A stretch of DNA of 59,758 nucleotides from Dehalococcoidia bacterium. GTDB lineage: Bacteria > Chloroflexota > Dehalococcoidia > Lucifugimonadales > GCA-2717565. Location of the stretch: positions 1-59,758 of the forward strand of contig SHYH01000002.1 in assembly GCA_009692865.1 (NCBI GenBank). The letters are read 5' to 3'. The position numbers and the translations under genes are program-made. Under the pieces are notes generated by a model. The model was not told the DNA's origin. It worked only from the letters and a program-made list of their open reading frames with translations, and did no database searches. Below, in pieces: positions 49,461-58,124 of this stretch; the stretch's first letter is position 1; the number at the start of each line of letters is the position of its first letter.

Positions 49461-50294
49461 ATGCAGGTTGTCACCACCATCGCCGAGGCTGTTCGCCTGC
49501 GCCAGCAGCTCCCTCGCCCCCTGGGGTTCGTGCCCACCATGGGCTACCTCCACGAAGGCCACCTCACCCTGGTGCGACGCGCCCGCCAGGAGTGCGCCAC
49601 GGTAGCCGTCAGCATCTTCGTCAACCCAACCCAGTTCGGCCCCCAGGAGGACCTTGCCGCCTACCCTCGCGACCTTCCGCGAGACCTGGGGATGGTGGAG
49701 CCGGAGGGTGTTGCCTGGGTCTTCAACCCGTCGGTGGAGGTGATGTACCCCCAGGGCGCCAACACCTGGGTGGAGGTGGGGGCCCTGTCCCAGCCCTTGG
49801 AGGGGGCCCATCGCCCCGGCCACTTCCGAGGCGTCACCACCGTGGTGGCCAAGCTGTTCAACATCGTTCGCCCCGACCGGACCTACTTCGGCGAGAAGGA
49901 TGCCCAGCAGCTCCGCGTCATCCGCAAGATGGCCTATGACCTGAACATGGGCATCGACATCGTGCCGGTGCCCACGGTGCGGGAGCGCGACGGCCTGGCC
50001 ATGAGCAGCCGCAACGTCTACCTGAACCCCGAGGAGCGAAAGGCCGCCCTCTGCCTCTACCGATCCCTCCAGCTGGCCCAGCGCCTCTACCGGGCAGGGG
50101 AGCGGGACGCCGAGGCGATTCGCAGGCAGGTGCGCGAACTCATCCAGGCGGAGCCCCTGGCCCACATTGAGTACGTGAGCGTGGCCGACGACGAGACCCT
50201 GGAGGAGCTGGCCGCCATTGGAGGGCCCGCCCTGGTCTCCCTGGCGGTGCGCTTCGGCAGGACGCGACTCATTGACAACGTGACGCTGAGGTAA
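49461..50294 (+). CDS. panC: pantoate--beta-alanine ligase
   Basis: GFVPTMGYLHEGHLTLV, SIFVNPTQF, GEKDAQQ. Confidence 0.94.
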   Translation: MQVVTTIAEAVRLRQQLPRPLGFVPTMGYLHEGHLTLVRRARQECATVAVSIFVNPTQFGPQEDLAAYPRDLPRDLGMVEPEGVAWVFNPSVEVMYPQGANTWVEVGALSQPLEGAHRPGHFRGVTTVVAKLFNIVRPDRTYFGEKDAQQLRVIRKMAYDLNMGIDIVPVPTVRERDGLAMSSRNVYLNPEERKAALCLYRSLQLAQRLYRAGERDAEAIRRQVRELIQAEPLAHIEYVSVADDETLEELAAIGGPALVSLAVRFGRTRLIDNVTLR

Positions 50295-50317
50295 CAGGCA
50301 CCAAGCCACGTAACCAC

Positions 50318-50341
50318 GTTCGAGTCCGGTATGGCCCACCA
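50318..50341 (+). other. tRNA 3'-end-like fragment (T-loop + acceptor arm + CCA), not an intact tRNA
   Basis: GTTCGAGTCCGGTATGGCCCACCA = T-loop TTCGAGT, CCGGT, ATGGCCC, A, CCA. No matching 5' acceptor (GGGCCAT) or T-stem partner lies upstream. Confidence 0.4.
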
Positions 50342-50497
50342 CAGTGGACAAAAGGTAAAACTCCGGCGCGGACCTTCTCCAAGACCTTCGCTCTTGACCT
50401 TAGAGCCCGATGAACGCAGCGTGGCTGCGAGGGGCGCTGCATACCGCTTGCCTCTATCTCGCTTCATTGCCTTCAGCGCGCCTCCCTTTCCCTGCCT

Positions 50498-50788
50498 TCA
50501 AGATTCCCTACGGGCCCTCGACAGACTGAAGAGCTTCCATCCCAGGACGAGATGGAAGACGATGAGTGACAGAACGTTGACCACGGCGATCGGAGAGGCA
50601 GGATCGATCAGCAAAACAACGCTCGCCGCGGTGCCCAGTACCCCAATCGTCACGCTCAACCAGCCAACCCGATTGCCAAAGACCGGGGTCCCCAGCATGA
50701 CTGCGCCGAGGGCCGTGAGACCAACCGCCACCATGGCGAGCCCTGTGACCAGCAGTGCACCAAAGATGCCCCAGATTGCCTGCCACAT
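50498..50788 (-). CDS. small hydrophobic protein (3 predicted TM segments), possibly a fragment of a larger membrane protein
   Basis: MWQAIWGIFGALLVTGLAMVAVGLTALGAVMLG... The reading frame stays open upstream of the ATG without an alternative start. Confidence 0.3.
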   Translation of the reverse strand: MWQAIWGIFGALLVTGLAMVAVGLTALGAVMLGTPVFGNRVGWLSVTIGVLGTAASVVLLIDPASPIAVVNVLSLIVFHLVLGWKLFSLSRARRES

Positions 50789-50933
50789 CAGGTCCAGCGC
50801 CGCCTTGTCCTCGGGGGTCGCCCCCGGCCCGTGATAGAGGTCGGCGAGTGGGACGGTGGCGACATGCGGAAGTGCGCCCGCCGCGCTGGACCCGAACCTT
50901 TGGGCTCCTGGTCATTGGACCGAGGTGGGCACG

Positions 50934-52193
50934 CTAAGACGCCTGCCTCCCGAGCTGCCGCACCTGGCGGTTGCCGATGGCCATTCCCAGGGCGAAGAGA
51001 AGGACGGCAGCTCCCCCCAGACCCACGGCGAAGGGGGCGCCGGCGTACTGGGCGATGGCCCCCCCCTGCATGGCCCCCAGGGGCATCAGGCTATAGGTCA
51101 TACCGTAGATCCCCATCACCCGGCCTCGGAGATGGTCAGGGACCATGGTCTGCAGCGTCGTCATGACCGAGATCATGTAGAGGGAGGTGCTAATGCCGGC
51201 CAGGAAGAGCAGGACAAGGGCAAGGGGAAAGAAGACCAGAACTTGACTGGCTAAAGCAAAGAGCATCAGGAAGGCGCCGAAGAGGACCGCCCCTCCCAGG
51301 AGGAGCCACCCCTTGTACTGGAAGCTCCCCAAACCAGCCGTCGCCAGCGTGCCGATGAGGGCGCCCGCCCCTGACGCGGCCTGCAGGTACCCCAACCCCG
51401 AGGCCCCCACATTGAAGATGTCCTTGGCGAAGACAGGCAGGAGAAAGATGTAGGACATCCCGAAGACGCTGTTGAAGAAGGTCATGCCGATGAGGAAGGC
51501 AAAGATGGGGGTGCGGGCGATGAAACCCAGCCCCTGGGCCATGTCCTGGAGCATGGAGGCGCCCTGGGCCCGGGGAACATGCGGGACCCTCAGGGTGAAT
51601 ATCATGCCTACCATGACCAGGAAACCAAGGAAGCCAGCGTAGAAGGCCGGGGCCACGCCCCACTGCATCCCAATGATGACGCCCCCCAGGGCCGGCCCAA
51701 TGATCCGGGTGCCCTGGTACACCATGGAGTTCAACGCCACGGCGTTCATCATGTCCTTGCGCTCGATGAGCTGAGGGAAGAGGGATATGCGAGTGGGGGT
51801 ATCAAAGCCCTGGAGAGCCCCGATGAGAAACGAGCTGACCAGGAGGTGCCACACCTCGATTCGACCCGTCAGGGTAAGGGTGGCCACCACAAACATCACG
51901 GCGCTGGAGCTGGACTGGGTGAGCAACAGCAAGCGGCGCTGGTTCACCTTGTCCGCCACCACCCCACCGAACAGGTTGAGCACGATGGCAGGCAGGCCCG
52001 CCGCCAGCCCAACGTAGCCCAGGTAAAGCTTTGATCCTGTCAGGTCGTAGATGAGCCACCCCTGGGCGATGGTCATGATCTGGAACCCCAGCACCGAGGC
52101 CACCGTCCCCAGCCAGTAACGTCGGTACCCTGCGCTTTTGAGGGCGGAGAAGACCTGGAGTGGAGAAGGCCGTTGGACCTTCGTTGCTTGCAT
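50934..52193 (-). CDS. MFS transporter (12-TM, MFS_3-like)
   Basis: YRRYWLGTVASVLGFQIMTIAQGWLIYDLTGS and a repeated 6+6 TM pattern. Confidence 0.85.
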   Translation of the reverse strand: MQATKVQRPSPLQVFSALKSAGYRRYWLGTVASVLGFQIMTIAQGWLIYDLTGSKLYLGYVGLAAGLPAIVLNLFGGVVADKVNQRRLLLLTQSSSSAVMFVVATLTLTGRIEVWHLLVSSFLIGALQGFDTPTRISLFPQLIERKDMMNAVALNSMVYQGTRIIGPALGGVIIGMQWGVAPAFYAGFLGFLVMVGMIFTLRVPHVPRAQGASMLQDMAQGLGFIARTPIFAFLIGMTFFNSVFGMSYIFLLPVFAKDIFNVGASGLGYLQAASGAGALIGTLATAGLGSFQYKGWLLLGGAVLFGAFLMLFALASQVLVFFPLALVLLFLAGISTSLYMISVMTTLQTMVPDHLRGRVMGIYGMTYSLMPLGAMQGGAIAQYAGAPFAVGLGGAAVLLFALGMAIGNRQVRQLGRQAS

Positions 52194-52248
52194 TGAGCTG
52201 CTCCTTCTGTCGGGGCCCTGGACGTAGCCAGGGCATCGTCACCGTCAT

Positions 52249-54093
52249 TTACTCCACCGTTACCGTCTTGGCCAGGTTACGGGGCTGGTCCACATCGCAT
52301 CCTCGGTGCACGGCCAACTCGTAGGCAAAGAGCTGTAGGGGAACCACCGCCAACACCGGGCTCAGCAACTCAGGCGTCGGTGGAAGGAGAATGACGTGGT
52401 CGGCCCGCTGGGCCAGATCGGCGTCGCCCGCTGTTCCTATGGCGATGACCGTGCCCCCGCGCGCCTTCACCTCGGAGATGTTCGCCAGCATCTTATCGTA
52501 GAGTGGGTCCTGCAGGGCCAGGGCCACCACCGGCATCCGGTCGTCAACCAGGGCGATGGGGCCGTGCTTCATCTCCCCAGCCGCGTACCCCTCGGCGTGG
52601 ATGTAGCTGACCTCCTTCAGCTTCAGGGCCCCCTCCAGGGCGATGGGATAGCTCATCCCCCGGCCAAGGTACAGGAAGTGCTCCCGCTGGGCGTACCGCT
52701 GGGCCAGGGAGCGGTACACCTCCCGATGGGCCACCACCTGGCCCAGGAGGTGGGGCAAAGAGGTCAAACCCTCTAGATGGCGCAAGAGGTCCTGGGGGGA
52801 CATCCGGCCCCGCTGGCTGGCCAGGTGCAGTGCCAGGAGGTAGAGGGTCACCAGGGAGGCGGTGAAGGTCTTGGTGGCGGCCACGCCGATCTCCAACCCG
52901 GCCCGCATCAGCAGAGCGCCCTCGGCCCTGCGGGTGGCCTGGCTGCCCTCCACGTTGCACACCGTCACCAGGCGCGCCCCGTGTCGCAGGGCCTCCTCCA
53001 TCCCCGCCAGCGTGTCGGCCGTCTCTCCCGACTGGCCCACCGCCACCACAAGGGTGTGACGGTCCAAAAGAGGCTGCCGGTAGCGAAACTCCGAGGCGTT
53101 ATCTGCCTCGGCTGGGATACCTGCCAGCCGCTCCATCCACAGGCGGGCCACCTGGCAGGCGTGGAAGCTGGTGCCCATGCCGACAAACACCACCCGACGG
53201 ATCTCCCGCACCTCCTGGGGGGTAAGAGGAAACTCCTCCAGCAGGACCGCCGGCGGGTCAAAGGCGATGCGCCCTCGCAAGGCGCTGGTCACCGTCTCGG
53301 CCTGCTCCAGTATCTCCTTGAGCATGAAGTGAGGGTAGCCCCCCTTGTGGGCGGCTTCGGGGTCCAGTTGGACGGTCTTGGGCCCCTTCTCCAGGACCCG
53401 GCCTGCAAGGTCTGAGTACCGCGCTCCCTGGCGGGTGATGGCCACCACCTCCCCATCGGCCAGGAAGGCCAGCCGGCGAGTGTGGGGGATCAGGGCAGGG
53501 AGATCGCTGGCGAGGAGCATCCCGTCCTCGGCGTACCCCACGGTGATCCCTCCTGCATTCCCCAGGCGCACCGCGACCAGGGTACAGGGCTCTCGACGAC
53601 TCATGGCGACGATGGCGTTGGCGCCCCGAAGCACGCCTGCCGCCGAGCGTAGGGCCTCCTCTAGGCTCCCAGCCTTGGGGAGGGCCTTCTCGATCAGGTG
53701 AGCGATGGTCTCCGTATCGGTGTCGGAGGTGAAGCGGTGGCCCTCCTTAATGAGGCTCCTCCTCAGCTCCAGATAGTTCTCCACGATGCCGTTGTGGACC
53801 ACCACCACGTCACCCGCGCAGTCCGCGTGGGGGTGGGCGTTGTTCTTGGTGGGGGGTCCGTGGGTGGCCCATCGAGTGTGGCCGATGCCGGTGAAGCCGT
53901 GGGGGAGTCCTCCCTCCAGCTCCTGGACCAGGGTTCGGAGCTTGCCAGGCGCCTTCCGCACGGCCAGCTCCCCCTCCGGTGTGACCACGGCGATGCCCGC
54001 GCTATCGTAGCCACGGTACTCCAGGCGCGCCAGGCCCTCCAAAAGGAGAGGCGCCGCCAGGCGAGTGCCGGTGTATCCAATGATGCCGCACAT
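52249..54093 (-). CDS. glmS: glutamine--fructose-6-phosphate aminotransferase
   Basis: MCGIIGYTG (N-terminal Cys nucleophile), two SIS domains, C-terminal LAKTVTVE. Confidence 0.97.
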   Translation of the reverse strand: MCGIIGYTGTRLAAPLLLEGLARLEYRGYDSAGIAVVTPEGELAVRKAPGKLRTLVQELEGGLPHGFTGIGHTRWATHGPPTKNNAHPHADCAGDVVVVHNGIVENYLELRRSLIKEGHRFTSDTDTETIAHLIEKALPKAGSLEEALRSAAGVLRGANAIVAMSRREPCTLVAVRLGNAGGITVGYAEDGMLLASDLPALIPHTRRLAFLADGEVVAITRQGARYSDLAGRVLEKGPKTVQLDPEAAHKGGYPHFMLKEILEQAETVTSALRGRIAFDPPAVLLEEFPLTPQEVREIRRVVFVGMGTSFHACQVARLWMERLAGIPAEADNASEFRYRQPLLDRHTLVVAVGQSGETADTLAGMEEALRHGARLVTVCNVEGSQATRRAEGALLMRAGLEIGVAATKTFTASLVTLYLLALHLASQRGRMSPQDLLRHLEGLTSLPHLLGQVVAHREVYRSLAQRYAQREHFLYLGRGMSYPIALEGALKLKEVSYIHAEGYAAGEMKHGPIALVDDRMPVVALALQDPLYDKMLANISEVKARGGTVIAIGTAGDADLAQRADHVILLPPTPELLSPVLAVVPLQLFAYELAVHRGCDVDQPRNLAKTVTVE

Positions 54094-54122
54094 ACTTATC
54101 CCTCAAAGCCACAGATACACAT

Positions 54123-54222
54123 GCAGGGCGTGCCACCGATAAATCGAGTGTCGTCGACCCCGATGCGGGGATACTGGACCACCGACCAGTCGGGGTGCAA
54201 CACCTACGGCCTGCACCCACGT
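54123..54222 (-). repeat. repeat family B, long copy B2 (glmS 5' region)
   Basis: Minus-strand ACGTGGGTGCAGGCCGTAGGTGTTGCACCCCGACTGGTCGGTGGTCCAGTATCCCCGCATCGGGGTCGACGACACTCGATTTATCGGTGGCACGCCCTGC. Internal hairpins are GGGTGCA/TGCACCC, ACTGG/CCAGT and CCCCG/CGGGG. Confidence 0.8.
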
Positions 54223-54299
54223 TCATTCAAGGTCGTTCGCCCCGACACGTCGGGGTGTTCCAGACTGTGGGGACTGGACACCCCCTCTTTCGCAGCCCC

Positions 54300-54959
54300 C
54301 TAGGCATGAGCGGAGCCTCGAGGCGCCCCCGTGCGGTACACGCCCCGGCGCTCTTCGGGCAGGAGGGCAGCCAGCCGGAGCATGATGAGGTCGGTAAAGG
54401 ACTGCAACTGGGGACGCTCCAGCTTCCCCTCGATAGGAGGCAGAGAGAAGGGGTCTCCGATGGTGACGGTGAGCTTCCCAGTGGGGCAGGTCAGGCGCAA
54501 CAGGCCTCGCAGGTGTTCAGTGCCGGTGATAGCCACGGGAAGGATAGGGGCCTGCGATCGAATGGCCAGCATGGCCACGCCCGGCAGTCCTGGCATCAGC
54601 CCTTCAGGGGAGCGGGTGCCCTCTGGAAACACCACCAGGACCCCTTCCTCCTGCAGGAGACGCAGGGACCAACGCATAGCCGCGACGTCATGGCCATCTC
54701 GGTTCAAGGGGTGGGCGCCGTAGGCGCGGAGAAAGGCGCCCACCACCGGGCCCTTAAAGATGCCCCGTTTGGCCATGAAGTGGAGACGCCGAGGAAGGCT
54801 CACCGCCAGCAGAGCTGGGTCGACGTTGCTCAGGTGGTTGGACACCACAAGGAGAGGCCCCTTGGGAGGCACTGCCTCCTTCCCTACCACCTTCCATTGG
54901 CTCAAGACCTTCAGGAGTCCACGAAAGACCCCGTTGCTGATGGTGTAGGCTAGCGGCAT
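54300..54959 (-). CDS. plsC: 1-acyl-sn-glycerol-3-phosphate acyltransferase
   Basis: HX4D motif VVSNHLSNVDP, plus VFPEGTRS. Confidence 0.85.
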   Translation of the reverse strand: MPLAYTISNGVFRGLLKVLSQWKVVGKEAVPPKGPLLVVSNHLSNVDPALLAVSLPRRLHFMAKRGIFKGPVVGAFLRAYGAHPLNRDGHDVAAMRWSLRLLQEEGVLVVFPEGTRSPEGLMPGLPGVAMLAIRSQAPILPVAITGTEHLRGLLRLTCPTGKLTVTIGDPFSLPPIEGKLERPQLQSFTDLIMLRLAALLPEERRGVYRTGAPRGSAHA

Positions 54960-54995
54960 AACATCTCTGTGCCCCTCTGCCCTTGCGATAGTCGA

Positions 54996-55754
54996 TCAGG
55001 AATCGGCCTGGTGGGCCCAGGCGAGCTTCAGGAGAAGCTCAGTGACCTCTTCCACGCTGAGACCGTCCGTAAGCACCACCTTGGCATCCTCGGCTATGCG
55101 AAGGGGCGCCACCTGACGGCCTTTGTCCAGACGGTCGCGTCGCTCCAACTCCCGCCGAGCCTCCCCCGGATCGGCCTCCTCCCCACGGCCCCGCCGCTCC
55201 AAGTAGCGCCGACGGGCCCGCTCTTCAGGCGACGCGTCCAAATAGACCTTGAGTGGGGCGTCCGGGAGGACGTTGGTGCCGATGTCCCGCCCCACCATGA
55301 CAACCCGTCCCTCTTGGGCCAGGGCGCGCTGCTTGGCCACCAGGGCCTCCCGAACCCCAGCCAACGCCGAGACCTCGGAGACTCGCTCCTCTACCTCGAG
55401 GCTGCGCAGCCAGTCCCGCAGGACGGGACGGCCCTCCACGAGGACCACCTCTTCTTCCGCCTCCGTTGGCGTCGTTACCAGGAAATCCAGACTTCGGGCC
55501 AGCGCTGCCAGGGCCTCGGTGTCCTCCAGGGAGACCCCCTGCTGAAGGGCCAACCAGGTGACAGCCCGGTACATCAGACCGGTGTCCAGAAACCGATAGC
55601 CCAGATGAACCGCTAGGGCCCGGCCCACAGTGGTCTTCCCTGCGGCTCCGGGCCCGTCAATAGCTATGGCAGAAAACGGCCCCGGAGGGGAGCCCCCCCC
55701 AGGAGTTCCCTGGTGCTTTCCAGCGCCCGCCTTAGCCGTAGAACCAGACACCAC
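54996..55754 (-). CDS. cmk: cytidylate kinase
   Basis: IAIDGPGAAGKTTVGRALAVHLGYRFLDTGLMYRAVT. The start is uncertain: GTG at 55754 or 55751. The tracked ATG at 55877 adds about 40 implausible residues. Confidence 0.85.
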   Translation of the reverse strand: MVSGSTAKAGAGKHQGTPGGGSPPGPFSAIAIDGPGAAGKTTVGRALAVHLGYRFLDTGLMYRAVTWLALQQGVSLEDTEALAALARSLDFLVTTPTEAEEEVVLVEGRPVLRDWLRSLEVEERVSEVSALAGVREALVAKQRALAQEGRVVMVGRDIGTNVLPDAPLKVYLDASPEERARRRYLERRGRGEEADPGEARRELERRDRLDKGRQVAPLRIAEDAKVVLTDGLSVEEVTELLLKLAWAHQADS

Positions 55755-55843
55755 CCCATTATAGCCCCAAGCCCAAAGTGTCACAAGCGTAGCCTCCAAG
55801 CTCACATTGCTCCACAAAGGGGAAAGGCGTATAGTGCTCGCCG

Positions 55844-56548
55844 ATGGGCAGCAAGCGAACGCCTCCAGTCGTCCCATGGATTCGCACCTGGCGCCTGTGG
55901 GGATTTCTTCTCCTGGCGATGGCCACGGGGGCTTTCACCGCGAGCGCCGTGGCCACCCCCTACTTCCCGTGGGACCTCCAGGTGAGCCTCTCCCTTCAGG
56001 CCATCGCCCTTCCCTGCCTGGAACAGGTGTCCCTCCTTCTTCACTACGCAGGCCGCCCCCCCGGCGTGGTGGTTGAGGTGCTGACCGTCGCCGCAGCCCT
56101 CTTCGTTCTGAGGCAGCGCCAGTCTGCGCTCCTCGCCCTGGCCCTGCTCATCCCCAACGCCATGAACCAGGTGGTCAAGGCCATCATTGACAGGCCCCGC
56201 CCCGATCCGGACCTGGTCCAGGTGCTCGTGCAGTCGAACAGCAGCACCTTCCCCAGCGGCCACATGGTGCACTTCACCATCCTCTTCGGCCTGCTGCTGT
56301 ACCTGGCGGCGCGCAGCTCACAACGTGGAGCAACCAAAGGCGCATTGGCTGTGCTCCTGGGATGCATCCTCCTTGCCATAGGGGCGTCACGAATATACCT
56401 GGGCGCCCATTGGGCCAGCGACGTCCTGGGAGGGTTCCTGTGGGGCCTCCTTTACCTTTGGGGCATCCTGTACGTCTACCACCGTTTTGAGCACCTATCG
56501 CTCAGGGCCAAGAGGCCGGAAGGGCACGCCCAGGAAGAGAGCCGTTGA
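55844..56548 (+). CDS. PAP2-family membrane phosphatase
   Basis: KAIIDRPRP, FPSGH, SRIYLGAHWASDVLGG (PAP2 motifs C1-C3). Confidence 0.8.
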   Translation: MGSKRTPPVVPWIRTWRLWGFLLLAMATGAFTASAVATPYFPWDLQVSLSLQAIALPCLEQVSLLLHYAGRPPGVVVEVLTVAAALFVLRQRQSALLALALLIPNAMNQVVKAIIDRPRPDPDLVQVLVQSNSSTFPSGHMVHFTILFGLLLYLAARSSQRGATKGALAVLLGCILLAIGASRIYLGAHWASDVLGGFLWGLLYLWGILYVYHRFEHLSLRAKRPEGHAQEESR

Positions 56549-56607
56549 CCCGGAAGCCTCCCGTCCCATGTGCACGAGGCTTGTGGTAGACTAGTCGGCA
56601 ACGGTCT

Positions 56608-56753
56608 GGCAGGCTGCGGAAAAGGGGTGTCCAGAGGGGAGAAGCCCCTTTGGCAGGGGTCTGAGGGTGTCCCCCAGATATAATTCCCGTCCCCCTTCCT
56701 AGCCAGGAAGGGGGACGGGGGAATGGTCGAACGGGTTTATCAGCACCCTGCTA
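56608..56753 (+). repeat. MITE-like element family A, copy H
   Basis: GGCAGGCTGCGGAAAAGGGGTGTCCAGAGGGGAGAAGCCCCTTTGGCAGGGGTCTGAGGGTGTCCCCCAGATATAATTCCCGTCCCCCTTCCTAGCCAGGAAGGGGGACGGGGGAATGGTCGAACGGGTTTATCAGCACCCTGCTA. Confidence 0.9.
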
Positions 56754-56759
56754 GAGTCC

Positions 56760-57287
56760 ATGAAAGAGGGCATGAACTGGCTGGACATTGCTTTCCTGGT
56801 GGCGCTGGTGGTGCTCATCATTGTTGGATGGCAGACGGGCTTTACCTGGGCCCTCGTGGCCGCAGGTGGAGCACTGGCGGGGGTGTTTGTCGCAGGCAGA
56901 TACCAGAGAGAGGGCGCTCAGACCCTCAGCAACGTCATCGCCAGCGATGCGGTTGCCACCTTCATCGCCTTCGCCCTCGTCTTCCTGGCAACTATGCTTG
57001 TGGCGCTGTTGATAGGATGGGCGATACGTCGGCTGCTGAAGCTGGTCTTCCTCGGGTGGGTGGATAACCTCGTGGGGGCCCTGTTAGGTCTGTTGGTGGG
57101 GCTGGCGCTGGTGACCGTTCTCACCCTAGCGGGCTGTCACCTGCCCCTGGGAGTCCTGACTAGGGCAGTGGACGGCTCCGCGGTGGCCCAAAACCTGACC
57201 GGGCTGGCCAGGGACATTCTGCCCCAGGAGTTCCAACGGGTGATTAACCCTGGCCACTGCGCCACCAACGCCCCAGCACCCCTGTGA
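56760..57287 (+). CDS. cvpA: CvpA-family membrane protein
   Basis: NWLDIAFLVALVVLIIVGWQTGF... and 4 TM segments. The start is the ATG at 56760 or 56772. Confidence 0.75.
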   Translation: MKEGMNWLDIAFLVALVVLIIVGWQTGFTWALVAAGGALAGVFVAGRYQREGAQTLSNVIASDAVATFIAFALVFLATMLVALLIGWAIRRLLKLVFLGWVDNLVGALLGLLVGLALVTVLTLAGCHLPLGVLTRAVDGSAVAQNLTGLARDILPQEFQRVINPGHCATNAPAPL

Positions 57288-57335
57288 GGAGCACGAAGGA
57301 ACTGCCAAGGCGCCAAAGAAACGACCCGTGAGGCC

Positions 57336-57842
57336 ATGATCAACGAAACGGTCCTTGTCCTCAACCAGAACTACGAGCCGCTCAACATCTGCAACGTTCG
57401 GCGGGCCCTGGTCCTGGTGGACAAAGGAAAGGCGGAGCTTCTGACGGACGGGCGTGGCAGCGTCCAGACCGTCTCCCACTCCTTCCCCCTTCCCTCGGTT
57501 ATCAGGCTCGTGTACATGGTGAGACGGCCTGTAGGCAACCGGCGCCTGGCCCGGCGAGAGGTGTTTGAGCGGGACCACTACACCTGCCAATACTGCGGCA
57601 AGGTCTCCCGTGAGCTGACCCTGGACCACATCATCCCCAGGGTGCACAGTGGCCCTCACGCCTGGGAGAACGTGGTCAGCGCCTGCGTCGCCTGCAACCA
57701 CCGCAAGGCTGGCCGCACCCCCAAGGAGGCCCATATGCGCCTCATGACACGCCCGCAACCACCCAAGCCCAACCCCTACTACCTCTTCACCCGCCACCGC
57801 CTTCAGGAGGAGTGGAAGCAGTTCATCCCCTGGGTGGAGTAG
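57336..57842 (+). CDS. stand-alone HNH endonuclease
   Basis: FERDHYTCQYCGKVSRELTLDHIIPRVHSGPHAWENVVSACVACNHRKAGRTP (CxxC...H-N-H...CxxC). Confidence 0.85.
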   Translation: MINETVLVLNQNYEPLNICNVRRALVLVDKGKAELLTDGRGSVQTVSHSFPLPSVIRLVYMVRRPVGNRRLARREVFERDHYTCQYCGKVSRELTLDHIIPRVHSGPHAWENVVSACVACNHRKAGRTPKEAHMRLMTRPQPPKPNPYYLFTRHRLQEEWKQFIPWVE

Positions 57843-57960
57843 CGCAGCTTACCGGAGCCGCGGCCCAAGGTCATGGCCCAAGCTCCGCCTCCTCCTTCCC
57901 CCTTCACAGGGTATTGCAAACGGGGCGTGCAGTCCCGTCTCATCGGAATTACCGGGAGTT

Positions 57961-58062
57961 TGGGAGTGTCCCCCAGATAGAGTATTTCCCCCTCTCCCTT
58001 CCAGGGAGAGGGCAGCGGTGAAGGTTCCCTCTCACCCTGATCTTCTCCCCTCCAGGGGAGAA
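57961..58062 (+). repeat. MITE family A-related variant, copy I (different palindromic cores)
   Basis: GGGAGTGTCCCCCAGATAGAGTATTTCC is shared with family A. It is followed by CCCTCTCCCTTCCAGGGAGAGGG and TCTTCTCCCCTCCAGGGGAGAAGA palindromes. Confidence 0.55.
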
Positions 58063-58124
58063 GAGGCTTGGCAGCTACTACGAGAAGGGCGATCTAGGCC
58101 CAACGGGACGCAGGAGGCAGTGCA

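Noticed and set aside
50266-50341. Intact tRNA gene ending in ...GGCCCACCA downstream of panC.
   Set aside because: The 5' acceptor strand complementary to ATGGCCC and the 5' T-stem strand are both missing, and the region would overlap the panC stop. Only the 3' ~24 nt are tRNA-like.
54123-54140. Sigma-54 promoter (TGGCAC-N5-TTGC) in the GGTGGCACGCCCTGC motif.
   Set aside because: The GC of the putative -12 element sits 2 nt too close to the GG of the -24 element in all copies. No TTGC lies at the correct spacing.
54094-54300. glmS ribozyme upstream of glmS. The segment UCGAUUUAUCGGUGGCACGCC vaguely resembles the AUCGAAUUUUCGGCGGAUGCC core as I recall it.
   Set aside because: The same ~100-nt sequence recurs upstream of leuA, and its ends recur upstream of gap, panB and ilvB. 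The A|GCGCC cleavage-site/P1 region is absent. It is therefore better explained as repeat family B. An Infernal scan with the glmS model would settle it.
56608-56753. Complete outward promoter inside family A MITEs. A TATAAT box is present in several copies.
   Set aside because: The best -35-like hexamer (TTGGCA) lies 23 nt upstream of the TATAAT, which is too far for a sigma70-type promoter. I kept it only as a possible -10-like element.
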